From NCBI GenBank assembly GCA_947600335.1, contig CANQGB010000001.1:2443-66442 (forward strand): DNA of 64,000 nt. The letters run 5' to 3'. Below, piece after piece: positions 49,447 to 60,062 of the stretch. Under the pieces are notes generated by a model. It searched no databases, was not told the DNA's origin, and saw only the letters and a program-made list of their open reading frames with translations. Position 1 is the stretch's first letter; each line of letters begins with the position of its first letter. The stretch is from an uncultured Bacilli bacterium (GTDB lineage Bacteria; Bacillota_I; Bacilli_A; RF39; UBA660). Both the position numbers and the translations under genes were made by a program.

Positions 49447-49926
49447 ATGAATGTTAAAAGATTAAAAAAATTAGCTATGATAATTAAACTATCGCTAAGT
49501 AATGATGGATACAAAAAAGCAGAATATTTAAAAAAGCATGGTAATTTTAAACAATTTGGTGATAAAAACTTTTGGTATCCGCGAATTATTCCTTCAGATA
49601 CTGAATTAATTTCTATTCACAATAATGTTAAAGTTGCAACAGATGTTTATTTTTGTACTCATGATGTTTTACATAATTTATTTAATGATGAAACATCGGG
49701 GGGGGGGTCAAAATTTAGCAGATACTTTGGTGAAATAGAAATATATGATAATGTTTTTATTGGAGCTAGAAGCACAATAATGTATAACGTTAAAATAGGG
49801 CCAAATGCAATAGTTGCTGCTAATAGTGTTGTCACAAAAGATGTACCTGAAGGAGCAGTAGTTGCCGGCAATCCTGCTAGAATAATAGGAAAGTATGAAA
49901 CTATAAAATTTAAAAGGCTGAAATAA
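49447..49926 (+). CDS. hexapeptide-repeat (LbH) O-acetyltransferase; contains an in-frame G10 tract
   Basis: C-terminal IGARSTIMYNVKIGPNAIVAANSVV..VVAGNPARI LbH repeats. G10 at 49698-49707. Confidence 0.65.
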   Translation: MNVKRLKKLAMIIKLSLSNDGYKKAEYLKKHGNFKQFGDKNFWYPRIIPSDTELISIHNNVKVATDVYFCTHDVLHNLFNDETSGGGSKFSRYFGEIEIYDNVFIGARSTIMYNVKIGPNAIVAANSVVTKDVPEGAVVAGNPARIIGKYETIKFKRLK

Positions 49927-49959
49927 AATTAAATATTTAATTTTGAAAGAAGTGAAAAT

Positions 49960-51243
49960 ATGAATTTTGTAAAAGTAGAATCTATTGGTAAAAAAATATT
50001 TGCAAAATTTCCTAAAACAAGAAGATGTTTAAAAAGAATTTATCAAAGAACTATGTATTTACTTTCAAAAAATAAAATAATATGTGAAGGTAACTTAGAA
50101 AGAATTTCGCCAAATGATGATTATGAATATTTTTTTGGATATTATGACAAATCACCTTGGGATATAACAGATAGATATATAATAGCCTTGAAAGTTAAAA
50201 ACGCTCATAAAGTAGCAGATTCAATTGAAGAAGCAGAAATAGTTGTTTTTGACACTCAAAATAAAAACAAAGTAGAAATTATTGGAACAACTCATTGTTG
50301 GAATACGCAACAAGGCTGTATGGCTCAATGGTTAGGACCTCAATTTGATACTAAAATTATTTATAATGACTTTAGAGATAACAAATACATCTCAGTTATA
50401 TATAATTTTAAAGAAAAGAAGGAAGAAAAAGTCTTTGAAATGCCCGTGTATGATGTTTCAAAAAAAGGTGATTTTGCATTAACATTAGATTTTTCTAGAT
50501 TGCATAGATTAAGAAAAGGTTATGGGTATGCTAATAAGGAAGAAGATACAAAAAAAGAATTATGTCCAAATAAACCATGCATCTGGAAAATAGATTTAAA
50601 AAATGGTGAAATAACTCCAATTATAAAATACAGTGATTTAGCTAATTTTGAGCAAAGAAAAGAAATGATAAATGCTGAGCATAAGGTCAATCACATAATG
50701 ATTAATCCCAATGGAACAAGATTTATGGTGTTACATAGATGGTTTAAAAATAACGAAAAATTCACAAGATTAATAACTATGAATATAGATGGTACAGATG
50801 CTTACAATCTTAGTGATGACAATTTTGTATCGCATTGTTGTTGGAAAAATGATAAAGAGATTTTATCATTTTTAAGAAAAAAAGAAACAGGAGAGCATTA
50901 CTATTTGCTTAAAGATAAAACTAGAGAATATAAAATGCTTTGGCCAGAATTAAATACTGATGGTCATTGTACATATTCGCCAAATAAAAAATATATAATT
51001 ACTGACACTTATCCAAATAACAAAAGAATTGCAAGCATATATTTATGTCAAGAAAATGGTAATATAGAAAGATTAGTAAGAGTATTTTCGCCTTTTAAAT
51101 ATGATAATGATACAAGATGTGATCTTCATCCAAGGTGGAAACATAATGGGGATAAAATATGCATAGATTCAGTTCACGAAAATAAAAAAGAATTGTATGT
51201 ATTAAATATACCAGAGGGTGATAAAAATGAAAATAAAAAGTAA
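49960..51243 (+). CDS. hypothetical protein (possibly beta-propeller/TolB-like)
   Basis: Intact ORF of 427 aa inside the glycan locus. Only a weak family signal. Confidence 0.3.
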   Translation: MNFVKVESIGKKIFAKFPKTRRCLKRIYQRTMYLLSKNKIICEGNLERISPNDDYEYFFGYYDKSPWDITDRYIIALKVKNAHKVADSIEEAEIVVFDTQNKNKVEIIGTTHCWNTQQGCMAQWLGPQFDTKIIYNDFRDNKYISVIYNFKEKKEEKVFEMPVYDVSKKGDFALTLDFSRLHRLRKGYGYANKEEDTKKELCPNKPCIWKIDLKNGEITPIIKYSDLANFEQRKEMINAEHKVNHIMINPNGTRFMVLHRWFKNNEKFTRLITMNIDGTDAYNLSDDNFVSHCCWKNDKEILSFLRKKETGEHYYLLKDKTREYKMLWPELNTDGHCTYSPNKKYIITDTYPNNKRIASIYLCQENGNIERLVRVFSPFKYDNDTRCDLHPRWKHNGDKICIDSVHENKKELYVLNIPEGDKNENKK

Positions 51244-53197
51244 AATAAAAAGAATTATAACTACATATCCAAAGTTAGATATAGAAAAAATAAAAAAAAT
51301 AATAAATGAGTATGAATATGTTTCATTTGATATTTTTGATACTTTAATAAAAAGAGATGTAGAAAATCCTAATGATGTATTTACCATTGTTGGTAAAATC
51401 TTTTATAAAAAAAATAATACATTTAAAGAAGATAGGTTAAAAGCAGAGCAAATAGCTAGAAAAAAACTTAATAAAAAAGAAGAAATATTATTAGATGAAA
51501 TTTATAATATTCTTATAAAAGACTATAATTACTCATTAGAAGATGCTAAAAAGCTTAAAACAATTGAAATTGACACAGAAATAAATCTATGCACTAAAAA
51601 TAAAGATATTTATAAAATATATAAATATTGCTTAGAAGCAAATAAAAAAATAATAATAGTATCTAATATGTATTTAGATGAAAATACAATAAATAAAATA
51701 TTAAATTATAATGGATATAAACAATACAAGCTGTATTTATCTTCGACAATAGGTAAAAAGAAGAATGGAACATTGTTTGAATATGTATTAAATGATTTAA
51801 ATATAAAAAGGAATCAAATTATACATATAGGTGACTCTTATAAAAATGATTATTTAGCGGCAAAAAAGAACAAGATAAAAACAATTCGCATTCCTAAAAA
51901 TATAAATAAATTAATCCATTCAGAAGATAAGCAAATCATTGAAAAGGATGCTTTGTTTACTAAAGCATTAAATAGCTTTATTAATAATAGATTGTCATTG
52001 CAAGAAGATAAATACTATAATTTTGGTTACCAATCATTTGGCATATTGTTGTATGGATTTAATGCATTCATGCATGATGATCTTAAAAGAAAAGGTATCA
52101 AAGATATTTTCTTTTTTTCTAGAGATGGATATATTATAAAAAAAGTATATGATGAAATGTATCCAAATGATCAAATTAAAAGTCATTATATTTACGTATC
52201 AAGAAGAAGCCTTAGAGTACCACAAATATGGACCAATCCAGAGCTCGAAAATGTTGTAAAATCTTTCCCGCTATCCAAAATGTTGTCTATAGAAACATTT
52301 TTAAATAATGTAGGCCTAAATCCAAATAATTATATAAGAATTTTAAATAAATATAATTTAGATTTAAAAACAACAATCTTTAAAAAAGACATTTTAAATA
52401 ATCAAAATATCATAGAATTTTATAATGAAATAAAACAAGATATTATTAATCATTCTAAAGAAGAATGCACATTACTTTTAGAATATTTTAAACAAGAACA
52501 TTTTGAAAACAAAGTAGCTATTGTAGATATAGGATGGCATGCTTCGTTACAATATTTTATAGATAATTTGGCTCAGAAATGTAATTATAATATAGATATG
52601 GAAGGATATTACATAGGATTAGCTAAAGAAGCAAAAAAGGGAATTAAAACAAATGGTTATATTATAGATTTTGATTCAAAAACAAATTCGTGTGATAGTT
52701 GGAAATCTTATAATGGCTTAATTGAAACATTATTTTTAGCCCAAGAAGGTTCAACAAAAGCCTTTGAAAAACAAGGTTTCAAAATAAAACCAATATTATA
52801 TAAATATGAATATTCAAAAGACAATGGCGAAAAAGAAAAAGAAGCAAATTATGTTGCTTCTATACAACAAGGTGCAATTGATTTTGCCAAAGATTTTAAA
52901 AAATCTAAACTTTCACAAATAGATTTCTATTCTTTTACAGCTTATAGAAAAATTTATTTAACAGGAATATATCCAAATAAACAAGATTTAAAAATGTTTT
53001 CTGAATTTAGGTTTTTAGAAGAAAAAATAGAATATTTAGCTACACCAAAAAAATTATCATATTATATTACTCATATAAAAAAATTAAAGAAAGATTTATT
53101 TTCAAGTAGATGGAAAATCGGATTTATGAAAAATTTATTCAAAATAAATTTACCATATTTAAAATTTTATCAAATATTAAGAAAGTTGAGTAATTAA
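51218..53197 (+). CDS. HAD-superfamily-like hydrolase domain protein (N-terminal) with large C-terminal unknown region
   Basis: FDIFDTLIKR (motif I-like), IIIVSNMY (motif II), K-rich motif III, IHIGDSYKNDYL (motif IV GDxxxD). Confidence 0.4.
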   Translation: MIKMKIKSKIKRIITTYPKLDIEKIKKIINEYEYVSFDIFDTLIKRDVENPNDVFTIVGKIFYKKNNTFKEDRLKAEQIARKKLNKKEEILLDEIYNILIKDYNYSLEDAKKLKTIEIDTEINLCTKNKDIYKIYKYCLEANKKIIIVSNMYLDENTINKILNYNGYKQYKLYLSSTIGKKKNGTLFEYVLNDLNIKRNQIIHIGDSYKNDYLAAKKNKIKTIRIPKNINKLIHSEDKQIIEKDALFTKALNSFINNRLSLQEDKYYNFGYQSFGILLYGFNAFMHDDLKRKGIKDIFFFSRDGYIIKKVYDEMYPNDQIKSHYIYVSRRSLRVPQIWTNPELENVVKSFPLSKMLSIETFLNNVGLNPNNYIRILNKYNLDLKTTIFKKDILNNQNIIEFYNEIKQDIINHSKEECTLLLEYFKQEHFENKVAIVDIGWHASLQYFIDNLAQKCNYNIDMEGYYIGLAKEAKKGIKTNGYIIDFDSKTNSCDSWKSYNGLIETLFLAQEGSTKAFEKQGFKIKPILYKYEYSKDNGEKEKEANYVASIQQGAIDFAKDFKKSKLSQIDFYSFTAYRKIYLTGIYPNKQDLKMFSEFRFLEEKIEYLATPKKLSYYITHIKKLKKDLFSSRWKIGFMKNLFKINLPYLKFYQILRKLSN

Positions 53198-53248
53198 TAA
53201 TATTAAATTTATGAATAATAAAAAATTAAAAGAATGAAGGAATAAAAT

Positions 53249-54196
53249 ATGTATACTATTAATAATAAAATACAAAAAAAAGAATTTTGTGAATTAATGG
53301 AAGCTTTGAAAAAAACCAATTTAGACTGGCTCAATATGAGACAAAGTAGAGATTATAGAGTTGGAATGGTATTATGCAAAATAGCTTCATGCATTAAAGA
53401 ATTTAAATTTAATACAATATTTAAAGATTTAAAACATTGGAAAATAGGATTGAAAACAAGAATTAAGTATAAAGATAAGAATTCAAAAAGTAATTTATCT
53501 GATAATAATATTGTATCTAATTACTTTAGTAATGAAAGAATTGCAATATATACCTGCATCTTTGGTGCTTATGATAAGATAATAGAACCATACTTTATTC
53601 CGAATAATTGCGATTTCTATATTTTTACAGATCAAAAAGTTAGAAAAAATTCATGCTGGAAACAAATGCCTTTACCCAAAAAAATAGAAAAAATGTCTAA
53701 TATAGAAAAAAATAGATATATAAAAATGTTTCCTAATGAAATATTTAGTGATTATAAATATTCGATTTACGTAGATGGTAATGTTCAAATAATTAGCGAC
53801 TTAACTGAGTATGTTAATAAAATTAATTCAAAAATAGGTTTAGGAATTCATAAGCACCATCTAAGAGATTGCGTTTATGAAGAAATAGTAGCAGTATGTA
53901 AATCTGGAAGAATTAGTAAGAAAGAAGCTAAAAATCACAAAAAATATTTGGAAAAATGCAGGATGCCCAAAAAATACGGCCTTCTTCAATGCAATATTAT
54001 AGTAAGAGAAAATAATAATAAGATTTGCTTAAAAATAATGAAAGAATGGTGGAATGAATTTTTACTATTTTCTAAAAGAGATCAAATATCGCTTCCACAT
54101 GTATTATATGAAAATAATATAAGTATTGATGAAGTAGCGACCCTTGGAAATAATGTATATAAAAATCCATCATTTAGAGTTGTTTCGCATAAATAA
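53249..54196 (+). CDS. hypothetical protein (possible glycosyltransferase-like)
   Basis: Intact ORF of 315 aa in the glycan locus. Confidence 0.3.
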   Translation: MYTINNKIQKKEFCELMEALKKTNLDWLNMRQSRDYRVGMVLCKIASCIKEFKFNTIFKDLKHWKIGLKTRIKYKDKNSKSNLSDNNIVSNYFSNERIAIYTCIFGAYDKIIEPYFIPNNCDFYIFTDQKVRKNSCWKQMPLPKKIEKMSNIEKNRYIKMFPNEIFSDYKYSIYVDGNVQIISDLTEYVNKINSKIGLGIHKHHLRDCVYEEIVAVCKSGRISKKEAKNHKKYLEKCRMPKKYGLLQCNIIVRENNNKICLKIMKEWWNEFLLFSKRDQISLPHVLYENNISIDEVATLGNNVYKNPSFRVVSHK

Positions 54197-54213
54197 ACTA
54201 ATAGGAGTTATGT

Positions 54214-55446
54214 ATGAAAATTAAATATAATACAATTTTAGATTTTTTATTTGCTATATTTATTTTTTCAATTTTTGTTTTATCAAAATCTATAATTGGC
54301 AAAGCATTACAATTGATATTTGTATTATGTACACTTTTAATAGTAAGTAAAGAAAAAATAAAAGTTAATAAATTTCATTTTTTAGAATTAACATTTTGCA
54401 TATTTGTTTTTCTACAATTTGTTTTCAACATAGCTGTCATGAAACAAGCTACTAAATCTATATTCATAACAATGATATATAATATGTTTTTTTCTATAGC
54501 TTTGTATAACTACATTACATATAGAAAAGATTTAAAAAGAATATCATATCAATATTCTATTGTAACAATTATATCATTTGTATTTTTATCATTTTTTTAT
54601 TTTGATACATTGTCACAATTTAGATTTAATACAAACAGTGTGTATAGTATCGGAAATTTTAAATTATTTGGTGGTCATTCTTCTACATCACTATCGTTAT
54701 TTGCCATGATACCTTGCTTTTTCTTAAATTTATTTTATGATGAGAAACATTATAAAAGGAATATATTACTTTCTCTAATTTTACTATTTTTTTCAATATT
54801 AACAGGTACAAGAAAAACTTTGATTGTATTTGCATTTATATTTATTGTAATGATTCCCTTAAAAGGTAAAGATATTAACTTTAAACGCATTTTTAAAATT
54901 ATTTTTACTTTTATAATGGTTTTTATTCCATCATGTATTTTGATAATGAAAATTCCGTTTTTGTATAATATTATAGGTTCAAGAGTGGAAAGTACATTTG
55001 TTTATTTTCTAAATGATGACATCGATATAAATTCTATAGATGATTCATCAATTAGAGTTAGAGAAAGAATGAAAAAAAGAGCATGGGAATTATTTTTAGA
55101 AAAAAAGTATTTTGGTTGGGGAATGGATTATTTTAAAGCAAGTAATCAAAGTAATTTAGGATATTATTCGCATAGTAATTTTCTAGAACTACTGACAGGT
55201 GGAGGAATTGTTGGATTTATAATTTATTATTCAAAATACATTGTTTTATTAATTGAAATAATAATTATTTATTTAAAAAGCTCAAAAAAATATATATGGT
55301 TTTCTAGTATTATCTTTCTATCATTAATGATATTAATCGAATTATGGCAAGTTACATACATTTATAGATTTATATTAATTTATCAATCTATTTTATTATC
55401 AATGGTATATTTACAAAAAAAATATAAAACATTTTTACAAAATTAG
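54214..55446 (+). CDS. O-antigen polymerase/ligase-like (Wzy family) membrane protein
   Basis: Polytopic, 410 aa, with a loop containing an RVRERMKKRAWE..GWGMDYF region that resembles the O-antigen ligase domain. Confidence 0.5.
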   Translation: MKIKYNTILDFLFAIFIFSIFVLSKSIIGKALQLIFVLCTLLIVSKEKIKVNKFHFLELTFCIFVFLQFVFNIAVMKQATKSIFITMIYNMFFSIALYNYITYRKDLKRISYQYSIVTIISFVFLSFFYFDTLSQFRFNTNSVYSIGNFKLFGGHSSTSLSLFAMIPCFFLNLFYDEKHYKRNILLSLILLFFSILTGTRKTLIVFAFIFIVMIPLKGKDINFKRIFKIIFTFIMVFIPSCILIMKIPFLYNIIGSRVESTFVYFLNDDIDINSIDDSSIRVRERMKKRAWELFLEKKYFGWGMDYFKASNQSNLGYYSHSNFLELLTGGGIVGFIIYYSKYIVLLIEIIIIYLKSSKKYIWFSSIIFLSLMILIELWQVTYIYRFILIYQSILLSMVYLQKKYKTFLQN

Positions 55447-55460
55447 GAAGTGATAAATTT

Positions 55461-56957
55461 ATGCGTAAGAAAAAATTAATGTGTAATATGTTATCATCCT
55501 TAATATATCAAGTAGTGGCAATATTATGTGGTTTTATTTTACCAAATTTAATTCTAAAATATTACGGTTCTGAAGTAAACGGATTAGTAAATTCAATTAA
55601 TGAATTTTTAAGAATAATAACATTTTTAGATTTAGGAGTAGGGACCGTTGTTTGTTCAAATTTTTATAAACCATTAGCTCAAAAAGATAATGAGGAAATT
55701 AGTAAAATATATAAATCAGCAAAGAAATATTTTAATAATATAGCTAAATTAATAATATTCTATATATTATTATTACCAATATTTTTTAGTTCCTTTATAA
55801 ATAAAAACTTTAGCTTAATTTATGATATGACTTTGATTTTTTCAATGGGAATAAGTTCGTTTTCACAATATTATTTTGGAATGGTCAACCAATTATTGCT
55901 GACAGCTGATCAAAAAGGCTATATTCAATATAATTTGCAAACAGTTACATTAATAATTAATACAGTGGTTTGTTCAATTCTTATTTGTAAAGGAACAAGC
56001 ATTCAAAATGTTAAATTAACTACATCACTTATTTTCCTAATAAGGCCACTTTATCTCTCAGCATATGTAAAAAGAAAATACAATATAAATTATAATATTG
56101 CCTATACTGTAGAACCTATTAAACAAAAATGGAATGGTCTTTTTCAACATTTAGCTGCTGTTGTTTTAGATTCAACAGATACAATTATATTAACAGTATT
56201 TTCTACGCTTTCTGATGTTTCCATATATTCGGTTTATTTTTTAGTGATTCATGGGATAAGGCAATTAATCCAATCAATAACTAATGGTATTCAAGCATTG
56301 CTGGGGAATATCATTGCTAAAAAAGAAAAAGTAAAACTTAATATTGCATTCAACCTATCAGAATTTGGAATACACGCTTTTACGACATTTAGCTTCGGAT
56401 GTGTTTTAGTTTTAATTGTTCCATTTGCTATGGTTTATACTAAGGAAATAAAAGATACAAATTATATAGTACCTTTATTTGGCAGTCTCTTAGCATGTGC
56501 ACATGCATGCTATTGCTATAGATTACCATATCACTTGATAATAAAAGCTGCCGGCATGTATAAAGAAACTCAGAAAAATTACATAATAGCAATGTTTATT
56601 AATATTGTTTTATCTATTTTGTTTGTTAAAAGTGCTGGATTAATCGGAGTAGCAATAGGAACGTTAGTGGCAATGTTATATCAAACAGTTTGGATGGCAA
56701 ATTTTTGCTCTAAGAAAATATTAAATAGAAAAATACAAAAGTTTTTAAAACAATTTTTTGTAGATATTATAGCCTTATTAATTGGATATTTCTTAACACA
56801 TAAAATAGTAATGAAATCAGTTAATTATTTTTCTTTTATTATTTTGTGTTTCAAAGTGTCCATTATATGGCTAATTATAGTAATTATAATAAATGCTATA
56901 TTTTATATTAAGGAAATAATGGAAGCAAAAATAATGTTAACAAAAACTTATAGATAA
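55461..56957 (+). CDS. oligosaccharide flippase (Wzx/MOP family)
   Basis: Twelve or more transmembrane helices, 498 aa, adjacent to the Wzy-like gene. Confidence 0.55.
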   Translation: MRKKKLMCNMLSSLIYQVVAILCGFILPNLILKYYGSEVNGLVNSINEFLRIITFLDLGVGTVVCSNFYKPLAQKDNEEISKIYKSAKKYFNNIAKLIIFYILLLPIFFSSFINKNFSLIYDMTLIFSMGISSFSQYYFGMVNQLLLTADQKGYIQYNLQTVTLIINTVVCSILICKGTSIQNVKLTTSLIFLIRPLYLSAYVKRKYNINYNIAYTVEPIKQKWNGLFQHLAAVVLDSTDTIILTVFSTLSDVSIYSVYFLVIHGIRQLIQSITNGIQALLGNIIAKKEKVKLNIAFNLSEFGIHAFTTFSFGCVLVLIVPFAMVYTKEIKDTNYIVPLFGSLLACAHACYCYRLPYHLIIKAAGMYKETQKNYIIAMFINIVLSILFVKSAGLIGVAIGTLVAMLYQTVWMANFCSKKILNRKIQKFLKQFFVDIIALLIGYFLTHKIVMKSVNYFSFIILCFKVSIIWLIIVIIINAIFYIKEIMEAKIMLTKTYR

Positions 56958-56970
56958 AAGAAGTGATATC

Positions 56971-57969
56971 ATGAAAGATAAAAGTATATCTATAATAAAA
57001 ACATATATGATGTTAGCTGTAGTTTTATATCATTCTATGATGTTTTATAGTGGAACATGGTTTACGTATATTGAGCCCAAAGTACAGCCGCAGATTATTT
57101 TTCTTTTAACTTTTTTCTTAAATTCTTTTCATGTATCTACTTTTACCGCTGCATCTGGATATTTGTTTTTTTATAAGAAAAAAAATAATAGTAAAGAAAT
57201 TATAAAGAAAAAAATAGATAGATTAATTTTACCATATATTTTTACAACACTTTTTTGGGCAATACCCTTTGAAATAATATTTTTTAAATCAAATATGAAA
57301 ACAATTATTTTAAAATTTCTCTTTGCAATTTCACCCAGACAATTATGGTTTTTATTAATGCTATTTTGGAATTTTGTAATATTTGCATATCTTTTCAAAA
57401 AAATACAGTTTAACAAAAAAAATTTTTTAATTTTATATTTTATATCTAGTGTATTTGGAGTTATTATTTCAAAATTTTCATTAGATATTTTTCAAATAGG
57501 AAAGGCAATTCAATACATTATATATTTTTATTTTGGCGGTTTATTATATTATTATAAAGATATAATAGAAAAAAATAAAAAATTAATTTTATTAGCATTT
57601 ATATTAATTATTGGATTGTATCCATGTTATTTATTAAATATTAATACCGATTTTTGGTCAAAAATCTTATATCATTTGATTATGCCTAGTATTAAATGCT
57701 GCGAAATTTTAATTATTTTTATTATCTTTAGAAAACTAACAACATTTAAAATAAATAATTCTAAAATTTACAAAATATTAGAAAATAATAGCTTTGGAAT
57801 ATACTTATTTCATCAACAAATAATATATATAATTATTGCTATATTAAATAATAAATTAAATGTATTTATGCAAATTACAATATGTCTGGTGTTTTCAATT
57901 ATAATATCAATAATAATGTGTAAAATTCTTGAAAAAAATAAAATAAGTAAAAAAATATTTGGATTATAA
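56971..57969 (+). CDS. acyltransferase family 3 membrane protein
   Basis: Polytopic. N-terminal IIKTYMMLAVVLYHS pattern. Confidence 0.5.
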   Translation: MKDKSISIIKTYMMLAVVLYHSMMFYSGTWFTYIEPKVQPQIIFLLTFFLNSFHVSTFTAASGYLFFYKKKNNSKEIIKKKIDRLILPYIFTTLFWAIPFEIIFFKSNMKTIILKFLFAISPRQLWFLLMLFWNFVIFAYLFKKIQFNKKNFLILYFISSVFGVIISKFSLDIFQIGKAIQYIIYFYFGGLLYYYKDIIEKNKKLILLAFILIIGLYPCYLLNINTDFWSKILYHLIMPSIKCCEILIIFIIFRKLTTFKINNSKIYKILENNSFGIYLFHQQIIYIIIAILNNKLNVFMQITICLVFSIIISIIMCKILEKNKISKKIFGL

Positions 57970-58831
57970 AATTAAAATAAGATAATTTTTAAAAAATATT
58001 AGATTTTCATTATGATAACATAGAGATATTTATTCGTAAAAAATTATTAATTTGAAAGAGCAAATTTAGTTATAAAAGAAAAAAGTATTTAAGAGTTATT
58101 CATGGCTTTTGTAATTAAAATTTAATAAGATTATAATTAAAATGTAATAAATAGAAAAAATCATACTAAAAAATTACTTTACAAAAAATAATTAAAATAT
58201 TTTAGTTAAGTTTTGTGCAAGATTTATGCAAGTCATATTGTAATTGAAATAAAAAACAACTAATTAAGAAATGGGTATTTTTATTCAAAAAATGCATAAA
58301 GATATAGTATTATTAATAAATAATCTTTGAATTATGTTTTCCATTTGTTCTTTGAAATACCAAGTTTTGGAAAATTATTTCCAAAACTTGGCTATTCATT
58401 AAGTATTGGTAGTCCTATCTCCACTAAAAAAATTAGTGAAACATTAACATCTAATCATTTAGCTACTAGTAATCATATCGCAGAATATTAAATGACTGTC
58501 TAAAGGGCAAAAATTATCCAGATAATAATCTATGCGGTCGATAGTTATTAGGCAAAAAAGCCAATACAGATTGCCGAAAATAATAATGGAATGTGATATT
58601 ATCAAGTATCTTTAAATGGTATAACTAAAATAAATGTAATAGATTGGTTATTAAAAAACTAATAATAAATTAAAAAGTTTTTACGCTCTATCGTACTAAC
58701 TTTTTATTTTAAGTAAATTGTTTAATCGTAAAAAAAGTATAAAAAAAACATTTTTTTACGCTATGTAGTAATAAATTGACATCTTTTAATTAATATAATA
58801 TAATGTTATTAATTAGAAAGAGTGAGCTTCA

Positions 58832-60046
58832 ATGATAAAGAGAGAAAAATATTTAAAAGATATTCGCGGTTTCTACAATCAAGATTTAATAAAAGTTATA
58901 ACCGGTATGAGAAGAAGTGGTAAGTCTATTCTTCTTCTTCAAATTATGGATGAATTAAAAGAGCAAGGTATAAAAAGTGACCAAATAATATATCTAAATT
59001 TTGAAATAATTGAAAATCTAAAATATGCTAACCCAGATAGTTTAAACAGCTATATTTCTGACAAAATTGTAGGAAATCAAAAATGTTACTTATTTTTTGA
59101 TGAAATTCAAAATGTATCAAAATGGGAAATGGTTATAAATTCCTTTAGAGCTAAGTATAAAGAAAATATTTCTATATTTATTACTGGTTCTAATAGTAAA
59201 TTATTATCTGGCGAACTTGCAACTCTTATAGCTGGAAGATATGTAAGTTTTAATATATATCCATTTACTTTTAGTGAAGTATGCGAATTAACCAATAATA
59301 AAGATAAAAACAAATTTGAATTAGAAGAATTATTTAATAATTATATAAAATGGGGTGGAATGCCTCAACGATTTAGCCAAAACAATGAAATCGAAATTAA
59401 AAATTATTTAAAAGATGTCTATAACTCAATCGTAATAAAAGATATAATTGAAAGATTTAAAATAAAAGATATTGATTTATTTAATAGAATAATAACATAC
59501 ATTATAACAACTCCCGCCCAAACATTTTCTGCTAATTCTCTTGTAAAATATTTTGAAAGTGAAAATCGAAATGTATCTTTAGAAACAATATATAATTATT
59601 TAGAATATATTACTGAATCATTAATTATAAAAAAAGCTGAAAGATATGATATCAGAGGCAAAAGAATATTAACAGGTAAGTACAAATATTATGTCGCTGA
59701 TTTAGGATTTACTGAAATACTTAGTGAAGGAAGAAAAGAACAAATTGGTTTTAGATTAGAGAATATAGTATATAATGAACTAATTTCTCGAGGATATAAT
59801 GTAAATGTTGGAAATATTGAAGAAGGAGAAATAGATTTTATAGCAACTAAATTTGAAGAAAAAATATATGTTCAAGTAGCTTATATATTAGCTGATGAAA
59901 CTATTGTCAATCGAGAATTTAGTGTATTTGATAGTATCAAAGATAATTATCCAAAGTACGTTATATCTATGGATAAATTAAACTTTTCCCAAAATGGCAT
60001 TATTCATAAAAACATTATTGATTTTTTGTTATCGGATGAAATATAA
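58832..60046 (+). CDS. AAA_14/DUF4143-family ATPase (full length)
   Basis: Walker A GMRRSGKS, Walker B LFFDEIQ, C-terminal DUF4143-like region. Confidence 0.6.
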   Translation: MIKREKYLKDIRGFYNQDLIKVITGMRRSGKSILLLQIMDELKEQGIKSDQIIYLNFEIIENLKYANPDSLNSYISDKIVGNQKCYLFFDEIQNVSKWEMVINSFRAKYKENISIFITGSNSKLLSGELATLIAGRYVSFNIYPFTFSEVCELTNNKDKNKFELEELFNNYIKWGGMPQRFSQNNEIEIKNYLKDVYNSIVIKDIIERFKIKDIDLFNRIITYIITTPAQTFSANSLVKYFESENRNVSLETIYNYLEYITESLIIKKAERYDIRGKRILTGKYKYYVADLGFTEILSEGRKEQIGFRLENIVYNELISRGYNVNVGNIEEGEIDFIATKFEEKIYVQVAYILADETIVNREFSVFDSIKDNYPKYVISMDKLNFSQNGIIHKNIIDFLLSDEI

Positions 60047-60062
60047 ACAAAATCATACTAAA

